From contig CAYZXT010000001.1 of NCBI GenBank assembly GCA_964482515.1, positions 169,373-233,372 of the forward strand: a stretch of DNA of 64,000 nt. Direction: 5' to 3'. The translations under genes and the position numbers were made by a program. The stretch is from an uncultured Elusimicrobia bacterium. GTDB lineage: Bacteria; Elusimicrobiota; Elusimicrobia; FEN-1173. Position 1 is the stretch's first letter; each line of letters begins with the position of its first letter. The notes under the pieces are model-generated. The model was not told the origin of the DNA. It ran no database searches and was given only the letters and a program-made list of their open reading frames with translations. Shown here one piece after another: positions 27,658-37,609 of this stretch.

Positions 27658-28673
27658 ATATCTTAGTGATCCGCCTGTCGTCGCTGGGTGACGTCATCCT
27701 CACCACGCCGCTCCTCGCCAGCATCAAGGCCGCCCGGCCGGAGAGCCGGGTGAGCGTCCTGGTCAAGAAGGCCTTCGCGGACGTTTTCCTCGGACATCCG
27801 GCGGTGGACGAGATATTGATCTTCGAAGAACGCGGACTGTTCGGCTGGCTGGGGGAAATCCGCCGCCGGCGCTTCGACGTCTGTCTCGACCTCCACGACA
27901 ATTTGCGTTCCGCGGTCTGGCGGACGTTTTCCGGCGCGAAGCGGACCGTCCGCTACGATAAGCGAACGGACGAGCGACGGATTCTGGTCCGCTCAAAGAC
28001 GTCCTCCCCGCGGCTCGAGCCGCCGGTGAAGGAGCGGTATCTGGAATGCCTGGCGGTTTTGGGGATCCCCGTGAAGGAACGCCGGACTTCCCTGCACGTG
28101 GCCGGCGCCGCTCGGCTGCCCGAGGATTGGCTCCGCGAATTCGGCGACGCGCCGCTGATCGGCGTCGCGCCGGGCGCGGCCCACGCGACCAAGCGTTGGC
28201 TGCCGGAACGGTTCGCCGCGGCCGCCGACTCCCTGGCCGAGAAAATTTCCGGGCGCGTCATCCTGCTCGGTACTCCGTCGGACGATGGGCCGGTCCGCGA
28301 AGTCCTTGAGTATTTGAAAACCCCGGCGCAGAATTTCGTTGGGCGCACATCGCTCAAAGAGTTCATGCTCCTCATCCGCCGCTGCGCGGTTCTTTTGACC
28401 AACGACTCGGGCGCGATGCATGTCGCTGCGGCCCAGGGCGTTCCCACGGCCGCCGTGTTCGGCCCGACCGTGCGCGACTTCGGCTTTTTTCCGGAGGAGG
28501 ATTGCGCGGAGGCGGTGGAGATCGGCGAGCTCTATTGCCGGCCCTGCAGTTTGCACGGCACGGAGCGTTGCCCCGAAGGCCATTTCCGCTGCATGCGGGA
28601 GATTTCCACGAAGCAAGTGCTGGACGCCGCGGAACGCGCTCTGGCGAAAACCCCGAAGCGCGTCTTAAAATGA
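27654..28673 (+). CDS. ADP-heptose:LPS heptosyltransferase (GT9 family)
   Basis: ATG overlaps waaA stop (ATGA). MNILVIRLSSLGDVILTTPLL...NDSGAMHVAAAQGVPTAAVFGPT are GT9 hallmarks. The upstream part of ORF-track 26715..28673 is in the waaA-overlapping frame and not part of the gene. Confidence 0.85.
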   Translation: MNILVIRLSSLGDVILTTPLLASIKAARPESRVSVLVKKAFADVFLGHPAVDEILIFEERGLFGWLGEIRRRRFDVCLDLHDNLRSAVWRTFSGAKRTVRYDKRTDERRILVRSKTSSPRLEPPVKERYLECLAVLGIPVKERRTSLHVAGAARLPEDWLREFGDAPLIGVAPGAAHATKRWLPERFAAAADSLAEKISGRVILLGTPSDDGPVREVLEYLKTPAQNFVGRTSLKEFMLLIRRCAVLLTNDSGAMHVAAAQGVPTAAVFGPTVRDFGFFPEEDCAEAVEIGELYCRPCSLHGTERCPEGHFRCMREISTKQVLDAAERALAKTPKRVLK

Positions 28674-29719
28674 AAATCCTCCACATCCTCGATGAGCGAT
28701 GGGACTCGGCCCTGACCGCCTACGGCTTGTTCCTGGCCGAGGCGCAGCAAAAGGCCGGCCAGGACGTCTTCATCGCGGCCAGGCCCGGACGCTACGCGTT
28801 CGAAACGGCGAAGGCCAAATCCATCCATGTCGTGCCTTTGTCGAACCCTGTGTCTCTCCGCTCTTGGGTCGCCCGCTCGGCGATCGACGTCGTGAACGCC
28901 CATACCGGGGCCGGACACACAATGGGACTGATTGCGGTCCTTGGTTGTTCGACGGTTTTGGTCCGCACGCGCGGCGAGGCGAGGGAGATCCGCCGCAACG
29001 TGCTCCATGCCCCGCTTTATCGCCGGACGGACGCCGTCATCGCCGCCTCCGCCCGGATCGCCGACCAATATCTCTCCGCCTTTCCCTCCGTGAAATCAAA
29101 ACTGTGGGTCGTGTACCCCGGGCTCGACGTGAAAAGCTATGAACCGGAACCGGCCGGGCGGTTGCGCTTCGCCCTGGTGGCGAGGCTGGATCCCGTGAAA
29201 GGGCAGGAAGTTTTCCTGGACGCGCTCGGGCTGATCAAGCATGAATTGAAGGACGAGGAGTTCGTGATCACCGGCGATGAGAAAAATACGCCGTTGAAAA
29301 AAATCTACGACAAGGTGGAGGCGCTCGGGCTGCAGCATTGGGTCCGGATCACCGGACGCCAGGAGGAAATCGGGCCGTTCATGCTCTCCTGCCACGCGGG
29401 CGTCATCACCTCGACGGGCAGCGAAGCGCTGTCCCGGGTTTGCCTGGAGTGGATGGCGGCCGGCCGTCCCGTGCTGGCTTCGGCCGTGGGCTGCCTGCCC
29501 GAACTGGTCTCCACCGGGGAGAATGGCTTTTTGGTGCCGCCCCGCAGCCCGGACGTCCTGGGCAAGGCCCTTTTGAAATTGATACGCGACGCGAACATGC
29601 GGCGCGCGATGGGCAAACGCGCCCACGAAATCGCGGCCGAGAGGTTCAACGCCGGCCGGTTCGTCCGGGAAACCCAAAAAATTTACGAGAAGGCGATCGA
29701 TGCGCGTCATTCATCTTAA
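28670..29719 (+). CDS. Glycosyltransferase family 4 (GT4)
   Basis: ATGA overlap with upstream gene. MKILHILDER...; C-terminal GT-B domain with E-x7-E-like region (...TSTGSEALSRVCLEWMAAGRPVLAS...GENGFLVPP). Confidence 0.8.
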   Translation: MKILHILDERWDSALTAYGLFLAEAQQKAGQDVFIAARPGRYAFETAKAKSIHVVPLSNPVSLRSWVARSAIDVVNAHTGAGHTMGLIAVLGCSTVLVRTRGEAREIRRNVLHAPLYRRTDAVIAASARIADQYLSAFPSVKSKLWVVYPGLDVKSYEPEPAGRLRFALVARLDPVKGQEVFLDALGLIKHELKDEEFVITGDEKNTPLKKIYDKVEALGLQHWVRITGRQEEIGPFMLSCHAGVITSTGSEALSRVCLEWMAAGRPVLASAVGCLPELVSTGENGFLVPPRSPDVLGKALLKLIRDANMRRAMGKRAHEIAAERFNAGRFVRETQKIYEKAIDARHSS

Positions 29720-30779
29720 TACGGAGAGAACCTGGCGCGGCGGAGAGCGCCAGACCTTCTGGCTGGCGCGGGAACTTAAGCGCCGCGGCCATGATTCCTG
29801 GGTGGCGTGCCGCCCCGGTTCTCCGCTGGATTCCGCGTCGCGGGCCGCCGGTCTTTCCACTGTCCCCACCCGCCCCTGGTTCGAGATGGATCCCTTCGCC
29901 GCGTCCCGGCTGCGGGAGTTCATGAAGCGGGAGCGGGTGGACGTCCTCCACGCCCACACCGGCCATGCCGTGGGACTGGGCGCCCTGGCCGTTTTGGACG
30001 CGGGCGCGCGGCTGGTCGCCACCCGGCGGGTGGACTTCCACCTCCGGAAGAATTTACTGACGCGCTGGAAATACCGACAGGTGTCGGCGGTCGTCGCCAT
30101 TTCCCAGAAAGTCAGAGACATCCTGGCGTCGGACGGGCTTGGTCCGGCGAAGATCGCGGTCGTCCCCAGCGGCGTCGATTCGGCGGACCATCCCTCCCGC
30201 GCCTCGGCGACGGACCTCCGCCGCCAGAAGAAGTTCGCCCCGACGGAAAAGATCATCGTCAACGCGGCGGCGCTGGTGCCGCACAAGGACCAGGGGTCGC
30301 TGCTGTCCGCCATGCCGGAAGTCCTCCGCCAAATCCCGGAGGCGCGGCTGCTGGTCCTGGGCGACGGCTTTTTGCGCCCGACCCTCGAAAAGAAAGCGCG
30401 CACTTTGCGGATCGACCAGCGCGTCAGCTTCCTCGGCCACCGGCCGGACGTCTTGGAATATATCGCCCTCGCCGACGTTTTTGTTTTATCATCCAAGGAG
30501 GAAGGACTCGGCACGTCGCTGATCGACGCCATGGCCATCGGGACGCCCACCGTCGCCACCTCCGGCGGCGGCATCCCGGAGATCTACGGCGGCGACCCGG
30601 CCGGGCTGGTCCGGCCCGGCGACAGCGCCGCCCTGGCGGCGGAAATCATCGCGGTCCTCGGGGACCCGGCGGAGGCGAAGCGGCGCGTCGAACAGGGGAC
30701 GGCGCGGGCGGCGGAGTTCACGGTGCAGAAAATGGCAGACCGATACGAAAAAATTTACGAAAATATACTCCGCCGATGA
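29700..30779 (+). CDS. Glycosyltransferase family 4 (GT4)
   Basis: MRVIHLNTERTWRGGERQ...SSKEEGLGTSLIDAMAIGTPTVATSGGGIPEI is a GT4 donor-binding domain. Overlaps the upstream gene by 20 nt. Confidence 0.8.
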   Translation: MRVIHLNTERTWRGGERQTFWLARELKRRGHDSWVACRPGSPLDSASRAAGLSTVPTRPWFEMDPFAASRLREFMKRERVDVLHAHTGHAVGLGALAVLDAGARLVATRRVDFHLRKNLLTRWKYRQVSAVVAISQKVRDILASDGLGPAKIAVVPSGVDSADHPSRASATDLRRQKKFAPTEKIIVNAAALVPHKDQGSLLSAMPEVLRQIPEARLLVLGDGFLRPTLEKKARTLRIDQRVSFLGHRPDVLEYIALADVFVLSSKEEGLGTSLIDAMAIGTPTVATSGGGIPEIYGGDPAGLVRPGDSAALAAEIIAVLGDPAEAKRRVEQGTARAAEFTVQKMADRYEKIYENILRR

Positions 30780-31555
30780 ATACCAGGCTGAGCGCCATCG
30801 TCATTACCCGCAACGAGGAACGGGACCTGCCCGCCTGCCTGGACAGTCTGAAAGGCTGGGTGGACGAGATCGTCGTGGTGGACAATGATTCCACGGACCG
30901 GACGAAGGCGATCGCGGCAGACTACGGCGCCAAAGTTTTCGACCACGAGTTCGAAGGATACGGCCCGCAGAAACAGTTCGCCCTCGAGCAAGCCACGGGC
31001 GAATGGGTCCTCAACGTCGATGCGGACGAACGCGTGACGCCCGCCCTGATATCCGAGATCGACGTGCTGCTGAAGGCCTCCGGCAAAGAGAACCTGCCGA
31101 GCGGTTATTCCATTCCTTTTCAGGTTTTCTTCATGGGACGGAGGCTGCGCTTCGGCGGTTGTTTCCGCGAGTTCCACATCCGCCTGTTCAAACGCGACAA
31201 GGCCCGCTACGGCGGCTCGCGGATCCACGAAGGCATCGAGGTGGACGGCCCGCTCGGGAAATTGGCCCAGCCCATACGGCACGAAAGCTACCGCAATTTC
31301 GCCGAGTACCTGGAGAAGTGCCGGAGCTACACGGGCTTGATCGCGGCGAAGAAGTTCCGGGAGGGGAAGCGGTTTTCCGCGTGGCATAATCTCCGGCTTC
31401 CCTGGGAATTCTTCGTTCGTTACTTTTTGAAACTGGGTTTTCTGGACGGCCGGGCCGGCTTCGCCTACGCGGCGCTCAGCTCATTTTACGCTTGGCTCAA
31501 GCATGTCCGCCTGACGGATTACGAAAGAGGGGTGGCTGACGATGGCTTTCATTGA
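30776..31555 (+). CDS. Glycosyltransferase family 2 (LPS core GT2)
   Basis: ATGA overlap. LSAIVITRNEERDLPACLDSL...EIVVVDNDSTDRT...DADE (GT-A fold, DxD). Confidence 0.8.
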   Translation: MNTRLSAIVITRNEERDLPACLDSLKGWVDEIVVVDNDSTDRTKAIAADYGAKVFDHEFEGYGPQKQFALEQATGEWVLNVDADERVTPALISEIDVLLKASGKENLPSGYSIPFQVFFMGRRLRFGGCFREFHIRLFKRDKARYGGSRIHEGIEVDGPLGKLAQPIRHESYRNFAEYLEKCRSYTGLIAAKKFREGKRFSAWHNLRLPWEFFVRYFLKLGFLDGRAGFAYAALSSFYAWLKHVRLTDYERGVADDGFH

Positions 31556-32351
31556 AACCGCCGTTGTTGTCGGGGGGTTGGCGGCCTTGGGCGCTTCGGC
31601 CCGCTGGAACTGGTGGCGGCCGCGCGCGGACGGCGTTCCGATCCTGATGTACCACAAAGTCGGCGATCCGCCTCCGGGATCGAAATTGAAAAAGCTCTGG
31701 GTGTCCGTTCCCCAGTTTCGCCGCCAAATGGAATATTTGATACGCCACGGATACACGCCCATGACGTTGCGCGAGATCGGCGAAAAACGGCGCCGCCAGG
31801 AACCCATTCCCGCGTCCGCCATGGTCATCACCTTCGACGACGGCTACAAGAACAACTACGACACCGCGTTCCCGATCCTCAAGGAGTTCGGTTATAAGGC
31901 CGTGGTTTACGTGGTCGTCAACTCTCTCGAAAAAGAAAATTTCTGGCACGATCCGGCGTCGGAAACGCGGATCCCGATGCTCTCCTGGAAAGAGGCGGCG
32001 GAGATGCAGGCCTACGGGATCGAGATCGGCTCCCACACCATGAACCATCCGCGCCTGGCCAACCTGCCGGTCGAGAAGGCGCGGGAAGAACTTGAAATGA
32101 GCAAGAAGACCATCGGCGAGCGGCTGGGCCTCGACCCGGTCTCCTTCGCCTATCCCTACGGCAACGGCCAGGACAACGCGACGCTCCAGGACATGGCGCG
32201 GGACGCGGGGTATGAAACCGCCGTATCGGTCCACAGCGGACTGGGCGACTTTCAAAATGCGCCCTATTGCCTGAAACGGATTTTCGTCCGCGGCGACGAT
32301 TTCGACGTCGACTTCCACCTGAACATGACCCGGGGGCGCTCCCGCCTTTAA
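31542..32351 (+). CDS. Polysaccharide deacetylase (carbohydrate esterase family 4)
   Basis: ITFDDGYKNNYDTAFPILKE (TFDDG motif), EIGSHTMNHPRL (H-x-x-H), plus N-terminal TM/signal segment. Confidence 0.8.
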   Translation: MAFIETAVVVGGLAALGASARWNWWRPRADGVPILMYHKVGDPPPGSKLKKLWVSVPQFRRQMEYLIRHGYTPMTLREIGEKRRRQEPIPASAMVITFDDGYKNNYDTAFPILKEFGYKAVVYVVVNSLEKENFWHDPASETRIPMLSWKEAAEMQAYGIEIGSHTMNHPRLANLPVEKAREELEMSKKTIGERLGLDPVSFAYPYGNGQDNATLQDMARDAGYETAVSVHSGLGDFQNAPYCLKRIFVRGDDFDVDFHLNMTRGRSRL

Positions 32352-33379
32352 TGCCGCCCCTCAAGATTCCCGCCAAAATCCTCGTCATCCAGCTCCGGCG
32401 CATCGGCGACGTCACCGTGACGGCCCCGGTCGTGCCGGCGCTGCGCGCCGCTTTTCCGTCGGCGTCCATCGATTTCCTGGTGGAAGCCGCCGCCGCGCCC
32501 GTGCTTCAGGGCATGCCCGGCCTGAACGAGATCATCGTGTTCGACAAGCGCCATTTCGTTTCGCACGTCAAACAAATTCGCGCGCGGCGCTACGACTGGG
32601 TCCTGGATTTCATGAACAACCCGCGCACGGCGCAGATTTCCATCCTGAGCGGAGCGCCCGTCCGCGCGGGGTTCCGAGTCCCGTTCTGGGAATGGGTCTA
32701 CACCCACCGCGTGGACCGTCCCGCTGTCCCGACCTACGCGGTCCAGAGCAAGTTCAACCTCCTGCGCGCGCTGGGATTGAACCCGCCGGCGCAGGTTTTG
32801 CCGAAGCTCGTGCTTTCCGACGATGATTTTTCCGGCGCCCGCGCCTGGTGGGAAACGAACCGCCTGGCGCAGTTTTCGGAACGGGTGGGCGTGGTGCCGA
32901 CCCACCGGCACGCGATCCGGCGCTGGCCTGCCGCGAAGTTCGCCCGCGTGATGGAAACGCTTTTGGAAAAGAAGGACCGCGCTTTGATCGTTTTCGGAGG
33001 GCCCGGCGAGGAAGACTATGTCCGCGACCTTCTCCGGCCGTTTCCGGAACGCGTGTTCCAGATCCCCGCGGGAAGTTTACGCCAGACCGCCGCGATCCTC
33101 GCCCGCTGCGACGCCGTGCTCACGAACGATTCCGGCCCCATGCATCTGGCCGTGGCCGCGGGCGCGCCGACCGTCACGATCTACGGCCCGACGTGGCCCG
33201 CGTCCTGGAACCCGCGCGTCGCGCCGCACCGCTGGGTGCAAGCGGAGGGCCTCAGCTGCGTCGGATGCAATTTTGATCGATGTCCCTACTCCCACGAATG
33301 CATGGAATGGGTGTCGCCCGAACGCGTCGCCTCGGAAGTGGAGTCCGTCCTGAAAAGCGGGGAACATGCGCTTCGCTGA
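32351..33379 (+). CDS. ADP-heptose:LPS heptosyltransferase (GT9 family), second copy
   Basis: ATG 32351 overlaps the upstream TAA (TAATG). KILVIQLRRIGDVTVTAP...NDSGPMHLAVAAGAPTVTIYGPT. Confidence 0.8.
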   Translation: MPPLKIPAKILVIQLRRIGDVTVTAPVVPALRAAFPSASIDFLVEAAAAPVLQGMPGLNEIIVFDKRHFVSHVKQIRARRYDWVLDFMNNPRTAQISILSGAPVRAGFRVPFWEWVYTHRVDRPAVPTYAVQSKFNLLRALGLNPPAQVLPKLVLSDDDFSGARAWWETNRLAQFSERVGVVPTHRHAIRRWPAAKFARVMETLLEKKDRALIVFGGPGEEDYVRDLLRPFPERVFQIPAGSLRQTAAILARCDAVLTNDSGPMHLAVAAGAPTVTIYGPTWPASWNPRVAPHRWVQAEGLSCVGCNFDRCPYSHECMEWVSPERVASEVESVLKSGEHALR

Positions 33380-34445
33380 TATTTTGGAGAGGAACGATTT
33401 CCTTTGGCGTTCCGCGGCCTGGGCGCCGTCGCTCATTTATGAAGCCGCGGTCAACGCGCGTTCCGGCGGCTACCGGAAAGGCTGGCTGGAAACGGTCCGC
33501 GCGCCTGTCCCGGTTTTCTGCGTCGGCAACATCACCGTCGGCGGCTCGGGCAAAACGCCGGGTGTGCTCTGGCTGGCCGAACACCTTCTGTCCAAAGGCC
33601 GCCGCCCCGCGGTCCTGACCCGGGGATACGGCCGCCGCGATGAGGACGAACTCCTGGTCGTCAGCGACGGAAAGTCCCTGCTGGCGGATGCCCGAGCATC
33701 CGGCGACGAACCGGTGATGCTGGCGCGCCGGCTGCCGTCGGTCCCCGTGGTGGCGGCGGCGGACCGCGCCTCGGCGGCGCGCAAAGCCGTGGAGGACTTC
33801 GGCGCCGACTGCCTGGTCCTGGACGACGGGTTCCAGCACCTGCGGCTTTTCCGGGATTTGGATTTGGTCTGCGTGGACGCTTCGGCGCCGCGCTCCTTCG
33901 GGCTGGGTTCCCGCGGCAGGAAACGCGCCATCTTGCCGGCGGGCGCGCTGCGGGAGCCGTTGTCGGGCCTGGCCCGGGCGGGATTGATCTTTCTGACCAA
34001 GGTCAACCACGCCAACCCGAAGGAATTGGCCCTTTTGCAAAAGCAATTGTCCGTTCTGGCGCCGGGCGTTCCCCAGGTGCCGGTCCGCTACGGTTTGGCG
34101 TTTTCGGACCCCGCCTCCGGCCGCGTCGTTTCACCGGAAGAGTTGAGGGGCCTGCGCGTCCTGTCGGTCTGCGGCCTGGCCCGGCCGAAGACGTTCGAGG
34201 ACGCGGTCCGGGAGGCGGGCGCCGACGTCCTTCCGCGGCGCTTCGCGGACCACCATTTTTTCACGGACGCGGAATTGTCCGGCATCGTGGCCGCGGCGGC
34301 CAAGGAGCGGCGCCGCATCATCGTGACGGAGAAAGATTTCCAGCGCCTGCCCGAGTGCTTTCCCTGCTGGGTGGCGCGCCTGCAGTGGATTCCCGATTCG
34401 ACCGACCCCCTATGGCTGCAAAAAATAAACTCGCTTATTTCCTAG
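33366..34445 (+). CDS. lpxK: Tetraacyldisaccharide 4'-kinase
   Basis: P-loop VGNITVGGSGKTP...LTRGYGR, DDGFQH. Confidence 0.88.
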   Translation: MRFADILERNDFLWRSAAWAPSLIYEAAVNARSGGYRKGWLETVRAPVPVFCVGNITVGGSGKTPGVLWLAEHLLSKGRRPAVLTRGYGRRDEDELLVVSDGKSLLADARASGDEPVMLARRLPSVPVVAAADRASAARKAVEDFGADCLVLDDGFQHLRLFRDLDLVCVDASAPRSFGLGSRGRKRAILPAGALREPLSGLARAGLIFLTKVNHANPKELALLQKQLSVLAPGVPQVPVRYGLAFSDPASGRVVSPEELRGLRVLSVCGLARPKTFEDAVREAGADVLPRRFADHHFFTDAELSGIVAAAAKERRRIIVTEKDFQRLPECFPCWVARLQWIPDSTDPLWLQKINSLIS

Positions 34446-35290
34446 AGTACGCCTTCGCCCGCGCTTTCGTGGGGGGGATGCGCGCCCTCCCGGAGGCCGT
34501 CGGACGTCCCGCCGGCCGCGCTCTCGCCCGCGCCGTCGGTAAAATCGTGTCGTCCCGCTCCCGCATGGCCGCGTCCAACCTGCGGCTGGCGTTCCCCGAT
34601 GCCGACGAAGGGCGGATCAGGCAATGGGTCCGGGAATGCTGGAATAATCTGGGGGAATTTATTTGGGAGTTTTCCCAGATCCCGGGCATGACTTCCGAGG
34701 ACTACTTCAAGACCGTCGACGTGGAGGGCATGGAACATTTGCGCCGCTCCCAGGCGGCGGGCAAGGGGATCATACTCATGACCGCCCATTACACGAACTG
34801 GGAGAGGCTGACGCAGCTGTTTTCGTTCTCGGGACTCAACCTGGCCGTCATCGCCCGGCGGATGAAGAACCCCTACGTCAACGATTTCATCACGGACATC
34901 CGCTCCCGGCACGGGACGCGGATATTCCTCCACAAGAACGCCGTGCGCGAATCCATCCGCTGGCTTAAACAAGGATTTACCGTCGGCATGCTGATCGACC
35001 AGCGCATCACCGACGGCGGCGCGCAGGTCCCGTTTTTCAACCGGCCCGCCTACACCACCACGCTGCCCGCCATCCTGGCCCTGCGCCTCGGGGCGCCGAT
35101 CCATCCCGTGCACAGCCGGCGGGTGGGGAACCGGCTGAAGATCCTCATTGATCCGGCCGTGGACGTGTCGGGCCTGAGCGCGAACGAGGAAGGCATCCTG
35201 GCCCTGACGGCGAAGCTGAACCTCGTGGTGGAATCCTGGGTGCGCGCGTATCCCCCGGCCTGGCTCTGGATACACGACCGGTGGAAATAG
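34412..35290 (+). CDS. lpxL: Lipid A biosynthesis (KDO)2-lipid IVA late acyltransferase (LpxL/LpxM/HtrB family)
   Basis: Start at ATG 34412 (MAAKNKLAYF). HYTNWE (H-x4-E catalytic motif), family-conserved blocks downstream. Confidence 0.8.
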   Translation: MAAKNKLAYFLEYAFARAFVGGMRALPEAVGRPAGRALARAVGKIVSSRSRMAASNLRLAFPDADEGRIRQWVRECWNNLGEFIWEFSQIPGMTSEDYFKTVDVEGMEHLRRSQAAGKGIILMTAHYTNWERLTQLFSFSGLNLAVIARRMKNPYVNDFITDIRSRHGTRIFLHKNAVRESIRWLKQGFTVGMLIDQRITDGGAQVPFFNRPAYTTTLPAILALRLGAPIHPVHSRRVGNRLKILIDPAVDVSGLSANEEGILALTAKLNLVVESWVRAYPPAWLWIHDRWK

Positions 35291-35294
35291 GACT

Positions 35295-36389
35295 ATGGCG
35301 GATTTAATTCCCGTCGGTTACGGGCTCCGGAACTTTTCCGGCATGACGGGCGTGAGCCGCTACCTGCGCGAGGTGGCGCGGCGTCTCCCGCAGGCCGGTT
35401 TCGAGGCGCGGATCGCGACCCGGCGGCATGGAGCGTCGGAAAAGAGCCTGGCCGTTTCACAAGTTCCCTGGATCCCGTTGACCTCCTGGTCTCGCGCGGC
35501 GAGCTTCGATTATTTCGCCCGGCGGCGGTTGAAGTCCATGGGCGCGCGATTGGTCCACGGACTGGGCGACCTCACGCGTCAGGACATCGTCTCCGTTAAT
35601 AACTGCGACGCGGCGGCGGCCCGCTATGTTCCCGACGGACGGAAGCCCTCCGCGGGCGTGGACTACGTCCGCCGCGGACAGTTTTCGCCGGAGGGAAGCC
35701 GCGTCATCATCGCCATCTCCGACCTAGTGAGGCGCGACGTCGTCGAGTTCTACGGGGTCCCGCCCGAAAAGATCGTCCGGCTCTATTTCGGCGTCGATTT
35801 GGATAAGTTTCATCCCCGGCGGCGGAGCGGGTCGCGCGCGCGGCTGTTGAGCGCCGCGGGCTGGCCGGAGGAAACCAAGGTCGTTCTCTCGGTCCTGTCG
35901 GGCGATCCGGCCAAGCGGAATTTTTCCCTGTTGGCGCGCGCCGTCGAACGTTTGTCCGAGAAACATCCCGCAGCGCTTTGCGTGGTGGGGAACATCCCCT
36001 GGCAGAAAGACGAGGCGGCCGCGCGGCTCGCCGGCAAAAAAATCTTCCATCACGTCCCGGCCACGCCGCAGGTCGAGGACTACTACGCGGCGGCGGACGC
36101 CTTCGCCCTTCCGGCCCATTACGAGGAGTTCGGTTTGACGGTGCTCGAGGCCCTCGCCTCGGGCTGCCCCGTGGTTTCGAGCCGGCGCTGCGGGGCCTCC
36201 GAGCTTTTGGTAAAAGGCTATAATGGAGACGTTTTTGATGATATGAACGATCCCGAAGAATTGTCCGAATTATTGCGGGGGATTCTTTTTTCCGGCGGCG
36301 GTTACTCCGGCGCCCGGGCCACGGCTGAAAAATATTCCTGGGAGAAGCATGTGACCGATTTGACCGACATCTACCGGAAATTGTTGTGA
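35295..36389 (+). CDS. Glycosyltransferase family 4 (GT4)
   Basis: C-terminal ...YEEFGLTVLEALASGCPVVSS...GYNGDVFD... is a typical GT4 EX7E region. Confidence 0.75.
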   Translation: MADLIPVGYGLRNFSGMTGVSRYLREVARRLPQAGFEARIATRRHGASEKSLAVSQVPWIPLTSWSRAASFDYFARRRLKSMGARLVHGLGDLTRQDIVSVNNCDAAAARYVPDGRKPSAGVDYVRRGQFSPEGSRVIIAISDLVRRDVVEFYGVPPEKIVRLYFGVDLDKFHPRRRSGSRARLLSAAGWPEETKVVLSVLSGDPAKRNFSLLARAVERLSEKHPAALCVVGNIPWQKDEAAARLAGKKIFHHVPATPQVEDYYAAADAFALPAHYEEFGLTVLEALASGCPVVSSRRCGASELLVKGYNGDVFDDMNDPEELSELLRGILFSGGGYSGARATAEKYSWEKHVTDLTDIYRKLL

Positions 36390-37609
36390 GCGGAGTTCAA
36401 TCCCTCCACTCTTTTCGACGGCTTGCCCTTGGCCTGACCGCGGCCTGCCTACCGATCTCCATCGCCGCTTCCAATGTCTGCGGCGCCCTGGCCCTCGCGG
36501 CCTGTGTGGTGCTCCTGTTCGCCGATCCGTCACGGCGGGAATATCGTTGGACCGGTTTGGAAATACCCTGGTTGATCTATCTTTCCGTTTGGTTCGCCGC
36601 GTCGGCTTTGTCGCCGTCCCCCGCCCGCAGCCTGTCGAAATTGTCGGCCTATGTCACCATTTTGTTTTTCCTGCTGGCCTCTCAAGGTCAGGACAAGGAC
36701 GATCTGACGCGGAACGTCAAAATTTTTTTGGCCGCCTGCGGCGTGGCGGGACTCTGGGGCGTGCTGCAGTACGTTTCGGGCGCGGACTGGAATCCGGGGA
36801 CCAACCAATTGTCCCTTCCCGATTGGATGACGTCGCTGCCGTCGAGCCTGGCCCAGGCGTTGGCCACGCGGAACGGGCGGTCCCTGGGATTTTTCAGCCA
36901 CCCTCTCACCTACGCCGAGGTTCTGCTCGTAGGCTGGACCTTGAGCCTCGCCCAGATTTTTCAGCTTCACCGCAAGGCCGGGCCCTTCTGGCTGTTCGTC
37001 TTCTTCGCCACATCGGGAGGTCTGCTGTGCAGCGAGAGCCGCGGCGTTTGGCTTTCGATGTTCGTTCTGCTCGCCGTCTGGGGCGTCGTCCGCCGGAAGA
37101 AACGTGTCCTCATGGCCCTGGGTCTGTTGGTCGCGGCGGGAGGACTCCTGGTCGCATTCAATCCGAAAGTGCAGCACCGTGTGCAGAGCCTCCGACATGT
37201 CGCCGTGGATCCCTCCAGCAACATCCGTTTGGGGTTGTGGCGTGCGGCCGGCCGGGCGTTCGCCGAGCGTCCGGTTTTGGGCGTCGGGATGGGGAACGTC
37301 CGACTGGTATCCGGCGCAGGGCCGGAGCCCAATAAGGTTTGGTCGGAGACGCACAATATCTTCCTTCAGGCGGGCGTAGAAGCGGGGATCGTCGGCCTGG
37401 CCGCATTCTGCGGATTTCTTTTCGCGGCGGCACGGCTCCTTTGGCGGGCGTCCTCTCCCGGATGGCGCGACGGCCTATTCTTCGCGTTCGTCGGGATATT
37501 GTTCGCGGGGTTGACCGAATCCTGGATGCGCGACGCGGAAGTCATGATCGTGATGAATTTTATTCTGGGGAGCGCCGCCCTCGCGATGCGGAGGAAACAG
37601 GATGCCTAA
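36386..37609 (+). CDS. waaL: O-antigen ligase family protein (WaaL-like, Wzy_C domain)
   Basis: GTG start overlapping upstream stop (GTGA). About 10 TM helices and a large periplasmic loop (...SFFSHPLTYAEVLLVGW...CSESRGVW...ETHNIFLQ). Embedded in the core-LPS cluster. Confidence 0.7.
   Translation: MSGVQSLHSFRRLALGLTAACLPISIAASNVCGALALAACVVLLFADPSRREYRWTGLEIPWLIYLSVWFAASALSPSPARSLSKLSAYVTILFFLLASQGQDKDDLTRNVKIFLAACGVAGLWGVLQYVSGADWNPGTNQLSLPDWMTSLPSSLAQALATRNGRSLGFFSHPLTYAEVLLVGWTLSLAQIFQLHRKAGPFWLFVFFATSGGLLCSESRGVWLSMFVLLAVWGVVRRKKRVLMALGLLVAAGGLLVAFNPKVQHRVQSLRHVAVDPSSNIRLGLWRAAGRAFAERPVLGVGMGNVRLVSGAGPEPNKVWSETHNIFLQAGVEAGIVGLAAFCGFLFAAARLLWRASSPGWRDGLFFAFVGILFAGLTESWMRDAEVMIVMNFILGSAALAMRRKQDA

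Noticed and set aside
29807-30775. N-terminal extension of ORF-track 29807..31555 (582 aa)
   Set aside because: This is an off-frame read through the preceding GT4 gene. The GT2 protein starts at ATG 30776 (MNTRLSAIVITRNE).
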